The translations under genes and the position numbers were made by a program. A model generated the notes under the pieces. That model saw only the letters and a program-made list of their open reading frames with translations, ran no database searches and was not told the DNA's origin. This document shows, one piece after another, positions 52,196-64,000 of a stretch of DNA of 64,000 nt (the stretch's first letter is position 1; each line of letters starts with the position of its first letter). Origin of the DNA: Octopus vulgaris. Its lineage: Eukaryota. Location: contig OX597829.1 of the NCBI GenBank assembly GCA_951406725.2, forward strand, positions 27,714,001 to 27,778,000, given 5' to 3'.

Positions 52196-54886
52196 GGTGT
52201 GGCTCTGTGATAAGGAGATTGCTTCCCAACCATATGGTTCCTGGTTGAGTCCCACTGCATGGCACCTTGGGAAAGTATTTTTTACTATACCCTCAGGCTG
52301 ACTAAAACCTGATGAGTTGATTTGCTAGACAGAAACTGAAAGAAGCACATTGTATGTATGTATGTATGTACATGTGTGTGTGTGTGTGTGTATGTAAATA
52401 TATATGTATGTATGTATATATGTATTTATATATATGTATGAGGTTAATCCAAACGGGGAAAACAGAAAAAACAACAACACGTGGAACAATTACAGTATTA
52501 TTATTATTAGGCGCTCAGGAAAATGGAAGAAGGAGGGTATGTATGTATATGTATTTATATATATGTATGTATGTATGTATATATATATATATATATGTAT
52601 TTATCTATCTGTGGAGGCGCAATGGCCCAGTGGTTAGGGCAGCGGACTCGCGGTCGGAGGATCGCGGTTTCGATTCCCAGACCGGGCGTTGTGTGTGTTT
52701 ATTGAGCGAAAAACACCTAAAATAGCTCCACGAGGCTCCGGCAGGGGGTGGTGATCCCTGCTGAACTCTTTCACCTCTCTTTCTCCCACTCTTTCTTCTG
52801 TTGGCCTGCTCGCTTAGCCAGCGGGGTGGCGTCATTCGAAGGCTAAAACAATGCAAACGCATTGTGACCAGCGATGTGTAGCAACATCTGATGGTCTGGT
52901 CAGTCACGTGATGTATCTATCTATCTATCTATCTATCTCTATATATATATAAATAGATGAAACAGGGACAACTGAGCAAGGGGAATATTCTTTATGTTGC
53001 ATGTCTCGTTTCTGTTTTTTTCATTGTTCAAAAAAAGTTTGTTTCTACGTTTTTGTTTTTATGTTTTCGTTTCTCATTGTGTTCAACGTTTTTTTGATGT
53101 CCTGTACCCGTATATGCATGTACATATATATATATTATTTATATTATTTGTGTGTATGTGTGTGTGTGTGTGTGTGTCTGCGTGTGTATGCATGTGTGTG
53201 TGTGTTTGTGTGTGTGCGTAGTGTGTGTGTAAATGTGGGTCCATACCAAAGTCTAAAGATTCATAATTATTCTTTGGAAAGAAAGACCAGTGGTTTCCCA
53301 TTGCCTTTGGCTGGCATATTTACTGTTTACTCTGCTAGTCTTTTACACTACCGAGCTACCCTTGAGGCACAGGACCTATTTAACTCTCAGACCAGAAATT
53401 GCTTTATGTGACGTCAGAATATGTCCACAAATGTGTTGGCTTGTGTTGCATGTTACTAAGGGCCAACCCTCCCCAAACTCTTGTTTGTCATAATCACAGA
53501 CAGTCTTCTGGTATTTGACCCATAATGCAAATCCTTGACTGGTAAAACCACTTCTTCTAAAGGGAACAGTGGTAATTAAGGGAATACTCAAATCCTAAGA
53601 TTTATAGGTCTAGTTAACTGGTCTCCATGTTGTATATGTGACTAGATCACAACATTACCAATGAACAGGATGTCAGGCCCTTGAAAGGCTATTCCATTTA
53701 CAGCCGAGTGAACAGGAACAATGAGAAATGAAGTGTTTTTCTCAAGAAAACAACACACTGTCTAGTCCAGGAACTGAAACCACAATCATGCAATCATGAG
53801 TACAACCCCTTAACTACTATAGCACACACCTTCACAGTTAAGGGCTAACTCTAGTCTATATTTTACTTCTTGAATGAATTACTACTTTCACAGTCTACAG
53901 TGGTCTTACTTTTAGTAACTGTCAGTATTTTTATCAAACACATACACAAATGTAGACATACTAATATTCTTTTACTCTTTTACTTGTTTCAGTCATTTGA
54001 CTGCGGCCATGCTGGAGCACCGAGCAAATTGACCCCAGGACTTATTCTTTGCAAGCCTCGTACTTATTTTATCGGTCTCTTTTGCCGAACCACTAAGTTA
54101 TGTGGGCGTAAACACACCAGCATCGGTTGTCAAGCTATGTTGGGGGGGACAAACACAGACACACAAAGACACACACATATATACATATACATATATACAA
54201 CAGGCTTCTTTCAGTTTCCGTCTACAAAATCCACTCACAAGGCTTTGGTCGGCCCGAGGCTATAGTAGAAGACACTTACCCAAGGTGCCACGCAGTGGGA
54301 CTGAACCTGGAACTATGTGGTTGGTAAGCGAGCTACTAACCACACAGCCACACATGTATATATTTTTATACAAGTTTTTATTGTGATTTGAGAAAAATCT
54401 TGATTCTGCTATTTTCTAGCAGGTTGTATGACTTTCTAGTGGTTCCCTTGCTGGTTCAGTATTGTTTTGTGATTTATTGTATATTAATTAGTATGGCTGT
54501 GTGTTTTTTTTTTTTTTTTTTGTTATCCTAATATAGTAAATGTGGTATGTACTTGTGACTGAATGCCTGTAAATGTGTGTGTGTGTGTGTGTTTGTGAGC
54601 TACCACCATCATTTAGTGAATATTTTATTTAATGTGTGTGTGTATATATGTGTGTATGCTTATTTTATTATTATCATTATCATCATTGTTGTCATCATCA
54701 TCATCATCGTTTTTACATATGTTTTTTCATGCTGACTTTTGGAGGCAGTTTTTTATGGTTGGATGACATTGTTGGCTGGCACTTAACCTTTTAGTCGCCT
54801 GTTAAGACATGCAGGGATACGCCCTACATATTTTAAATCCAAAGAGACACATGGTATTAAACAGTGTCCATGGAGCATTTCTATAT

Positions 54887-54932
<46 letters not shown>

Positions 54933-55353
54933 ACACAGCCATGTTTGTGCCTTATAAATGTGTGTGTGTGTGTGCAGGCATGGCCATGTTGTTAAGAAGC
55001 TTGTTTTGCAATTACGGACTTTCAGGTTCAATCTCACTGTCCATTGTGCACCCCTTTAGACAAAATACTTTCTACAAAAGCCTTAGGCTGAACAATGCTT
55101 TGTGAGTGAATTTTTTCAGACAGAAACTGTGGAAGCCTACTGTTTGTGTGTGTGTGTGTCTTTGTGTTTGTCCCCTACAACCATTTGACAATTGGTGTTG
55201 CTTTGTTTACATCAACATAACTTAGCAGTTCAGTGAAGATACCAACAGAATAAGAAATGGTTACTTAGGTCGATTTGTTCAAGTACAAAATCTTTCCAGG
55301 CAGGTAGTGCACCATCTTGGCTACAATACAATAACTGAAGCAAGTAAAAGATA

Positions 55354-55396
<43 letters not shown>

Positions 55397-57669
55397 AAAT
55401 TAGAAAATGGAGAAACATGCCTAAATCAATCAAACATCAACTATTAGATAATACCCAATCAATACTTTATTACACCATTACATAACAGCAAAGACATTAT
55501 ACAAAATATATTGTAAATATAATTAGACAAGGAAATAGAAATATAAAATACAATTACATCATATCTGACAGCTGTTTCGGCCGTGAGGACAAGTATGCCC
55601 CATTTAACCTATAAGCCATATAAGGCAGGTATAAATGAGACATTAACAAGGATGTCCCACGGCCTCTTCAGAGAATTTAATTTAATATAAGTGTGAAAAA
55701 ATTTTTTTTACATATAAATATAAAAATATAAAATATAAAAATGTATGCATAGACACTCATAATACTACACATATATATATACACATTAATACAATATATA
55801 TATATAATTTTCTCTTTGTTATGTTTTTGTTAAATTTTTCCATTTGCTCTGTCCTTGAAATTATTTAAGCAGGGAAGAACTTTCTGGTTTTTCATACAAA
55901 TATGTTAGTTTTTAAAGACATAACTTTCTTGAATTTAATTTTAGTTTTCTAAAGATTTTTATTTACTTATATTTTTTACTTATTCTTCCCTTGTGTTTAT
56001 GTAGGAGTAATAGCTATTCCAGACTACATATAAAAGAACTAACAAAGAAATGTGAAAAAAAAAAATCATAAATAGACAAAAATTACACATGAACCTAATT
56101 GTCTTTAATATAAATGTGTGTGTGTGTGTGCTCCTTATTACCATCAATATTCAATCAATATTTTGTTTATGAATATAGATAAGACATGTGTATACCAAAG
56201 ATCAACATCAACATCATCATCATCACCACCACCACCTGCTAATATTTTGTTTATCAATATAAACAAAAGCTCTATGCTAGATATCATGGCCACCATCACA
56301 GCTACCATCAGGCAGTCAATATCTCGAACAATATGTATAGATTCATAGCATTATTATTACCATCATCACTATTCATTCAGTATTTTATTCATCAATATAG
56401 ACACAAAGTATATACAAGCTATTTTCATCATCATCATTATCATCATATTCAGTCAATATTCTGTTTATATTTGACAATAGATATATACCGATATAGACAA
56501 TAGACATATACCAGCATCTTGATCATCATCATCACCACCACTGCCCCTCACCATCTTCATTTAATCAATATTCTGTGTATCAATATAAACAATAGTTAAT
56601 GTGCCAGCTATCATCATCATCACCATCATCATTGCTATCATCGTCGTTGTTGTCACCACCACCACCACCAACTACCATCTTCATTTAATCAACATTTTGT
56701 TTATCAAAATAGTGACAAAATTGATAGATCACTGAACCAGATCTACATGTTAGATGTTCTTTTGAAAAGACAGTGAGTGGGGGAATCTTGAGTTTACATA
56801 TCATCTGCTACCCATCACCACTAACCCCACCCAGGTTAATAAAATAAGACCAGTGAATGTTACAGGAAAGAAATCGAAAATCAAAGGTGAGCTGACCATA
56901 TAATATTGGTCTTGTGTTTTTTAGAAGAGATGGAAACAAAAATTTATATTATCTACGATGTTTTCATTCTCGAGTCAGCATGTATCGTGCAGCAAGAGAT
57001 AAATTCTCTATATACATGTGTATGTGTTTGTGTGTAAGAGAGAAATCGTCGCCGTCATCATTTAAAATCTATGTTTCATGCTGGCATACATTGGGCAGCA
57101 GTCTGACAATCCAAAGGGTCCAAGAACTGCATCATCATGTTCCAAGGTTGGCTTTGGCATGGCTTCTAGAAGATACTCTTCCTAACACTGACCACTTAAT
57201 AGTGTGTACAGGGTGCTTTTTTGGTATCACTACCACTATTTGTGTGTATGATTGTGTATGTATATATCTGTGTTTCTCCCCATTTCTGTTTGTGGGCCTA
57301 AATTCTGGGAGCTGCTGTTCATTCCAAGCCCCAGTGTATCACAGGTTAGCAGTGCAATAACTAGAGCTCAATAAAATATGTATCGTGCTAGGTTAATATG
57401 ATCCCTGAAGCAGTTAGTGTCTTAGCACAGCTGAAGTCAAATAACTAAAACCAGAAAGATAACAAAACAGAACTGACCCCGGAATATTAATCATACTTGT
57501 TTTATTTATCATGGCAAAACATAAGTTCAATAGATCTTTTTTGTAAGTAAAATTGAATCTGATAACTACACAAGATAGTAATGTCTGATGCATTTGACAT
57601 CTGTCTGTCTGTCCGTCCATCTTTCTGTCTGATTATGTTTGTCTGTCTATCTGTCTATCTATCTGTCTA

Positions 57670-57701
<32 letters not shown>

Positions 57702-57857
57702 TCTATCTGTCTGTCTGTCTATCTGTCTATCTATCTATCTATCTATCTGTCTGTCTATCTATCTATCTGTCTGTCTATCTATCTGTCTATCTATCTATCT
57801 GTCTGTCTGTCTATCTGTCTATCTATCTGTCTGTCTATCTGTCTGTCTGTCTGTCTA

Positions 57858-57942
<85 letters not shown>

Positions 57943-58257
57943 ATCTATCAGATAGATAGATATGTCTGTCTATATCTCTGTTATTTAACTGATGTCTAGC
58001 TAGTTAGCTAGCAATCAAACCATCATCATCATCATCATCGTTTTTTTTTTACTTACTATTGGACTGCGGCCATGCTGGGGTACTGCCTTGAAGCATTTTA
58101 AAATTTGAATTTAAAGTCTTTTGTTTTCTTCTCTCTGCATTTAGAGATTAATGAAAAAGAGCTGACCTTTTGAACTTTCAATGGCCGTTGAAGGTCTAAC
58201 AGAATTATGGCGCCGAAAGCTAGTCGTTCGAATGTACTTCTTATCGTTTCTAACTTT
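48645..58257 (-). CDS. Speculative multi-exon gene; candidate exons 58257-58167, 57565-57497, 49612-49541, 48694-48645
   Basis: AG/GT-bounded segments with compatible phase-1 junctions give ...RPSTAIESSK-V-IRFNFTYKKDLLNLCFAMINKT-I-YRLSPENWKSGTHLVPSLLDHWF-E-TTCKELMLTKFEQGI*; no recognised homology and no start codon located. Confidence 0.2.
50505..51069 (+). mobile_element. Internally deleted mariner transposon
   Basis: TA|TTGGGTTGTCTGGAAAGTTCATGCCGATTT ... AAATCGGCACAAACTTTCGGACAACCCAC|TA; N-terminal stub M*DKKVHFRHLMLW (50687) joined to the C-terminus WDVLPHPPYSPDIAPSDFHLFRSLQN..RWRCIVQQKGSY. Confidence 0.93.
51151..51372. mobile_element. piggyBac-type MITE
   Basis: TTAA|CCCTTTCGTTACC ... 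GGTATTGAAAGGG|TTAA. Confidence 0.85.
52611..52912 (+). mobile_element. SINE with family C head and tail type 3
   Basis: Head near-identical to 24858; unrelated tail GGCCTGCTCGCTTAGCCAGCGGGGTGGCG..GGTCAGTCACGTGAT; inserted in (TATC)n. Confidence 0.85.
53967..54352 (-). mobile_element. SINE A copy
   Basis: Family A consensus, some CpG decay. Confidence 0.88.
54974..55356 (+). mobile_element. Old SINE A copy, strongly CpG-decayed
   Basis: Collinear with family A; consensus CG mostly TG/CA. Confidence 0.7.
55564..55674 (-). ncRNA. Type I hammerhead motif with long stem II
   Basis: TCT-CTGAAGA-GGCCGTGGGACA...TGTCCTCACGGCC-GAAAC-AGCT-GTC-AGA; intact core, palindromic ACAGCTGT stem III, GUC site. 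Confidence 0.85.
56145..56720. repeat. Degenerate minisatellite, about 7 units of 60-125 bp
   Basis: Recurring AATATT(T/C)TGTTTATCAATATA(G/A)ACAA followed by (CAT/CAC)n. Confidence 0.7.
57601..57960. repeat. (TCTA/TCTG)n compound microsatellite
   Basis: Direct reading. Confidence 0.95.
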
Positions 58258-58864
58258 CTATACATTTCTTAAAGTGAATGTTTTCCCTTTTGTTAGAATT
58301 CAGACAATATGTACGTTGAGGAGTAAAGAGTCTTGTGTTATGTTATTCTATTCTTCTTATTTATTTTCGATTGAATATATATTTGTTTACTTAAAAATTA
58401 GACTTTTGGAAAATAAAATTTTTTACAATCGTGATTTCCGTTTTTGTTTACGTGAAATTATAAAAAAAAAAACTTCATATGGAGAGACTTCTAGGTTCAA
58501 CATTATGCTGGTTGAAAATCACCTAAAAGAAATTCTGGGGTACATTCGACTAAAAATTCATCAAGGTGGTGCCGCAGTCTAATGATTTAACAAGTACAAA
58601 GGTGGGGGGGGGGACGAAATATATCACTGAGGTGGTTTTGAGCAGGCTTAAAAAACATTCTGGGTTCCATACAGTAGTCTAAAATTCCTTCGAGATGATG
58701 CCCCAGCGTGGTCACAGTCTAATAACTGCAACAAGAAAAAGGAAAAAAAATTCTGGTGTCGATACATTCGCCTAAAAATTCTTTGGCTGTAGTCTAATGA
58801 CTGAAACAAGTAAAAAAAGGAAAAAAAATTCAAGGTGGTACCCCAGTATAGCCACAGTCTAATG

Positions 58865-59271
58865 CAGGGGTTCCCAACCGGAATCCACATGGACCTCGCC
58901 CCCACGGGTCCACAGAAGCATTACGTGGAGTCCATGACTAAAAAATTGTAATTTGTGGGTCCATATATAAGTTTTGTTTACAAGAAGGGTTACCTGTATG
59001 TATTGAAATTTTCAAGATTTCGTATTTGGAATTTATGTTATGAATATAACGAAATTGTTTCTTTGTTAGTTTTTACTAAACTACAAACAAATATTTTATT
59101 TCAAAAATTTACGCAGGAGTGGCTGTGTGGTAAGTAGCTTGCTAACCAACCACATGGTTGTAGGTTCAGTCCCACTGCGTGGCATCTTGGGCAAGTGCCT
59201 TCTGCTATAGCCCCGGGTCGACCAATGCCTTGTGAGTGGATTTGGTAGACGGAAACTGAAAGAAGCCTGTC

Positions 59272-59325
<54 letters not shown>

Positions 59326-59604
59326 TTGTGTGTCTGTGTTTGTCCCCCTAGCATTGCTTGACAACTGATGCTGGTGTGTTTACGTCCTCGTCACTTAGTG
59401 GTTCGGCAAAAGAGACCGATAGAATAAGTACTGGGCTTACAAAGAATAAGTCGAGTTGCTCGACTAAAGGCGGTGCTCCAGCATGGCCGCAGTCAAATGA
59501 CTGAAACAAGTAAAAGAGTAAAAGAGTATGTGCATATATGGGGTCCACAGATGATAAGATAGCTTTCAGGGGTTCCACAAGCTAGATAAGGTTGGGAACC
59601 CCTG
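58865..59604. mobile_element. hAT MITE with perfect 8-bp TSD, containing a young SINE A (59111-59528, +)
   Basis: CAGGGGTTCCCAACC / GGTTGGGAACCCCTG TIRs; TSD GTCTAATG at 58857-58864 and 59605-59612. Confidence 0.93.
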
Positions 59605-60678
59605 GTCTAATGACTGAAATAATAGGGGGTGGGGGAACGAAAAATATAACCATGGGGTTTTCTCTACTCTTACTTTAACTATGGGGTTTTGTCCACGGGG
59701 CTTTTGTCCTAGGGGGTTTTTGTCCCAGGAGGCTTTTGTCCTGCACTCATACCACGTGGTTGCAAAGCTAGTTTCTTAATCACAGGGCCTATGGTTGGTG
59801 AAATGAAAGTAAAATGATAGGAAAATAAATAGCATAAAATGAAAACAATGAGAATAAAATATAAAGGAAGCTGGCGAATTTTTACACGGTGCAGATTATA
59901 ACCGAAAATTAACGATGTTTTTTTAATTTTTTTTTTTTTTTTGTTCGCCCTTCGCTTTTCGTTAATGTAAGTTTATTTTACTTTGCCCACCGGCTTACAC
60001 GCACAAACTTAAAACGAGCTAGCTCGTTTTGAAGAATTATTATTATTATTATTATGGAGAATAATATGAGAACTGGAGAAGGCCCCCATTGTAGTTTTGA
60101 GAAGTGAAGGTGAAAAAAAAAAAAAAAGATGGAATTGACGCGTGTGGAAATAGATATAAACTGAAGAATATAATTCTTTAGAATGAATAACTTTCGTTAT
60201 TTTCGGTGATACTTGGTACTTTCCAGTTGATTTGTGGAATTAATTGAATTAATAAAATGTCAAGTTCTTACCTCAGAAACAAGTCACGTGAAAAATAAAA
60301 TAATTGCATCCATAAATAGCGTTCATTGGGATCGATAATGTCTTAAAATCCTGGGTGTGCGCGCACACACGCACGGTATTCTGACGTAGCTGGAGTCCTA
60401 ATATATCTTGTCTTCTCAATGGTTTATTAGAGGGTTTTACTTAAATTGTAATTTTTCGCCATTTGAAACAGGACTATTAACAACAATTGTGTGTGTGTAT
60501 ATATATATATATATATAGATTAGAAAGTTGGTTTGTGAAAGCACGTGGTTGAATATATAGAAAATAGTAACAACTGAAAAAACTACAGAAGGCTTGTTTT
60601 AAAAGGTTAAAAAATATATATTTGAGTCAATATGTCTGAAGAATGTTATAAATTTTTTTCTTACAATGACATAGTTTA

Positions 60679-60720
60679 GAAGAAATGACCGGTTTCGCGT
60701 TCAGCTTTTCAAATTTCTTC
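60679..60720 (-). ncRNA. Minimal hammerhead motif, U3-A8 core variant, inside an inverted repeat (60554-60592 / 60720-60758)
   Basis: GAAGAAAT-TTGAAAA-GCTGAACGC-GAAAC-CG-GTC-ATTTCTTC: perfect 8-bp stem I, palindromic ACCGGT, GUC site. Confidence 0.75.
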
Positions 60721-60972
60721 CTTCTGTAGTTTTTTCACTTTTTACTATTTTCTATATATATATATATATTACGGAGATGTACTCGCATAGCAAGTAATTT
60801 GATCTGAGATCGTGTGCTGAAACGAAAACAATTGCAGCACGGATTTTTGTCAGTGAACAGGTCGCGGATTTTAGCGACGAAAATATTTTGACAAATCAAA
60901 CTTAAATGTTGAAGTGAATCGAACGGCTTTTGTGTGTTTCTTAAGTGGCTTATAAACACCTTCCACGCTGCA

Positions 60973-61009
<37 letters not shown>

Positions 61010-61435
61010 GAGTAACATTACGGCCGTTTCAAGCGCCTCCTTTAATTGATTAATGAAACCATTGCGTTGTCTGAACACTCAGCAGGAATATCAGGTACAA
61101 ACACACCGACACGGAGTCTTGATATTCAATATTTAATATTGTTTGGGTGTGCGGATTATACCGACCTAGCAAGGTGTTTCAATTTAAGTACCTAGTTCAA
61201 CTGAATCTTAATTATATATATACACACACACACATATATATATATCGTCAGTAAATCATAAATCCGAAAAGGTAGCACGCTCTAAGTTATAGAGAAGTAG
61301 AATATATAGGTAAAGATAGTTATTTAACGGCTGTAAAACTAAGCTTTATGAAAGTGAAACCCAGGGAACTCCATAAACCGGCCATAGCCATCTAAAAAAA
61401 AAAATATATATATATATATATATACATACATATAT

Positions 61436-61655
61436 ATTCTTTTATTCTTTTTGCGTGTTTCAGTCATTTGACTGCGGCCATGCTGGAGCACCGCCTTTAG
61501 TCGAACAAATCAACTCCATGACTTATTCTTTGTAAACCTAGTACTTATCCTATCGGTTCTCTTTTGCCGAACCGCTAAGTTATGGGGGACGTAAACACAC
61601 CATCATCGATGTCAAGCGATTGGAGAGGGAGGGGTCAAACAGACACACAAATACA
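61436..61655 (-). mobile_element. SINE A 3' half
   Basis: Family A tail. Confidence 0.85.
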
Positions 61656-61673
61656 TGCATATATATATATACA

Positions 61674-61733
<60 letters not shown>

Positions 61734-62156
61734 AATAAAACGAATGGTTCACACATGGTAGTTTACCACACACACACACACACATATATATATATACTAG
61801 CTAGAAAGCCGTCCTGGGGTGGTCTCTTCATTAGGCCTTGGGCCCAACATGCATTGGGTACATATTAAATTTCATTAAACTTGAACAATATATTTCAAGC
61901 AATGAACAATTTTGCTTCAAAACAATGATATAATTTTTTGACTTTGAACTTATTGTAAAGCTGCATGATGAATCATCGCCACCACATCTGCCATACCACT
62001 CATAGACTATAGTAGAAGACACCAGACTCGGACCGACTAAAAGCCTTGTGAGTGTATTTGGCGACTGAAACTGAAATTTCATCTATAGAAAACCTATTAT
62101 AAACTCTTTAGAATATTTATTGTTTTTTAAGTTCTTTTTTTAATCTCTCTCCAAAC

Positions 62157-62216
<60 letters not shown>

Positions 62217-62340
62217 TGAATGGTTGTATACTGTCAATCTAACAAGAACGTGACAGTAGGGGGTACACCACTGTTGTATAAGCCCTAGGAGGCATCGAAC
62301 GCCTTCTGACAGCTTCGACACATTTTTTCCCTGTGTCCTT

Positions 62341-62674
62341 TAGAGATAAAACCACTATTAGGCAAATCAAACAGTGAAAGACATTAAACCAAAACATAAT
62401 AATAAATATAATTAATATAATATACTAAATATATAAAATTTAAAATTAAATATTTTTAATTTATATTTATAAATTTTTATATTTTTTTATTTTAAATTTA
62501 TAAATTTTTAAACTTTTAATTTTTAATATTTATATTTATTTATTCATTTTTATGTTTTTCACTCTTTGATTTGCCTAATAGTGGTTTTATTTCTAATTTA
62601 ATTTATATTTATACTGTGAAATTTGATCCTAAATCTAATTTTTCCCTGTAAGTTTGGATTTACTCCCTAATATC

Positions 62675-62680
<6 letters not shown>
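62341..62680. repeat. Inverted repeat (62341-62388 / 62549-62595) plus a terminal segment homologous to the inverted 25430-25500
   Basis: ATAAAACCACTATTAGGCAAATCAAA / TTTGATTTGCCTAATAGTGGTTTTAT; TTTTTCCCTGTAAGTTTGGA vs TCCAAATTTACAGGGAAAAA. Confidence 0.75.
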
Positions 62681-62731
<51 letters not shown>

Positions 62732-62734
<3 letters not shown>

Positions 62735-63045
62735 CAATTAAGATTCAAGTCAATTCCAATGAATTTACTTGAATGTGGTACTTAACTTAGATGCACCAGA
62801 AAACTATATGGTGTTAACCATACAGTAATGTGGGGTGATTATAAACGATAAAGAAGCAACAAGAATGGATTAGTTTTTAGTACAATTGTTTCATACAAAG
62901 ACAGGCTTTATTAAAAGTTGCAAAAATTGCAGCAGATGAGTACGTGACACTTTTATCTGCTGCAATTTTTGCAACTTTTAATAAAGCCTGTCTTTGTATG
63001 AAACAATTGTACTAAAAACTAATCCATTCTTGTTGCTTCTTTCTC

Positions 63046-63046
<1 letters not shown>
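62732..63046. mobile_element. (TA)n-flanked element ending in a 92-bp-arm near-perfect hairpin (62846-62937 / 62955-63046)
   Basis: Arms identical except one base near the end; 17-nt loop; related to the 2820-3000 region. Confidence 0.85.
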
Positions 63047-63118
<72 letters not shown>

Positions 63119-63144
63119 AAATTATAATAATAATGTTTGATTTT

Positions 63145-63310
63145 TACCTTGAGCACAAGGGCTGAAATTTTGGAGGAAGGAGGTACTAGCCGATTACATC
63201 GATTCCAGTCCTCAAATGGTACTTATTTTATAGACCTCATAAGGATGAAAGGCAAAATCGACTTTGGTCGAATTTGAACTCACATTGTTAAGGACGTCCG
63301 AAATGCTATT
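63145..63310 (-). mobile_element. SINE B copy (degenerate)
   Basis: GGTACTTATTTTAT..GGATGAAAGGCAAAATCGAC. Confidence 0.7.
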
Positions 63311-64000
63311 TTTTATTAACACTACACGTGTGGAATACCCCGATGTTTCCAAAACACTTTAAGGCGTGCTGTTTTATGTCTATTAAATACACCATAAAAT
63401 TGTAATTAAGTTTAATCTTTATAAGTCACCTAAGTAAAATAAGAATGTATTTGTATATTGGACGAATGTAGCATGTCGTGTCTGTGTATCTGTGTAATCT
63501 ATCTCATTTTGTTAAGGAGATCGTTGTTTACATATATATTGAACAACTTTATCATTATAACCACTAGGTCTGAAATTTTGAGAGCAGAGGTATTACTCGA
63601 TTACAATATTGGACTTGTACTTTATTTTAACGACTCCAGAGAGATGAACAGTGAAGTTGGCCTGGGCGACACTTGAACGCTTAGTAAATGATAATAATAT
63701 CTATCATGTGTGTGTGAGCAAACAGCTAGTACACTCTAAACCAAACAATCGTTTGAATTATCATTTCAACTGTCTTCTCGGTTCCGTAACGGCATTATAC
63801 ACACACACGTTAGAACTTGTGTGCGAATTTATGTATAACGAATGTTTACGAATTTGTGTATAACAGCACTACACACACACACACACGTTAGAATTTATAT
63901 ACACACACGCGAAATATATTCGCACCCACGTGTCGTCGTTTCAACTTCTCCAACTCTTAGTTGTTGTTTTTTTTTCGTTTTCGCTTTATTCTCGTGTTTG

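Noticed and set aside
56145-56720. CRISPR-like array
   Set aside because: Eukaryotic context, degenerate repeats, low-complexity related spacers, no cas genes.
58181-58582. 133-aa plus-strand ORF as a gene
   Set aside because: No recognisable domain, AT-biased composition, and the 3' end runs into SINE A tail sequence.
61013-61095. Minus-strand GAAAC-GGCC-GTA with upstream CTGCTGA
   Set aside because: Core A6 altered and stems I/II poor; relic only.

Overview
AT-rich, microsatellite-saturated animal genomic DNA. The SINE repertoire is what I recognise as octopus/cephalopod (inference). No protein-coding gene is confidently recognisable: almost all ORFs in the track are read-throughs of (TA)n/(CA)n tracts or SINEs. 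The window is a mosaic of three tRNA-derived SINE groups (here A, B = Nin/Deu-domain, C = tRNA-Arg-like head with swappable tails), an (AAT)n-embedded retroelement 3' end family (D), and remnants of Dong/R4, RTE, Penelope (GIY-YIG), Helitron, mariner, pogo/Tigger, hAT and piggyBac elements. The main signal not explained by the ORF track is a dispersed set of about 10-13 minimal type I hammerhead ribozyme motifs from unrelated sequence families. They sit in short non-coding modules next to (TA)n tracts, often inside fold-back DNA. They include a 116-bp spacerless palindrome encoding a hammerhead on both strands, two independent U3-A8 compensatory core variants, three U4C variants and two with very long stem II insertions. 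They are most simply Penelope pseudo-LTR or retrozyme-like units. A CpG-decayed domain (~48-58 kb) with phase-compatible minus-strand exon candidates may hide an unrecognised gene (low confidence). All coordinates were read by eye; edges of degenerate elements are approximate.
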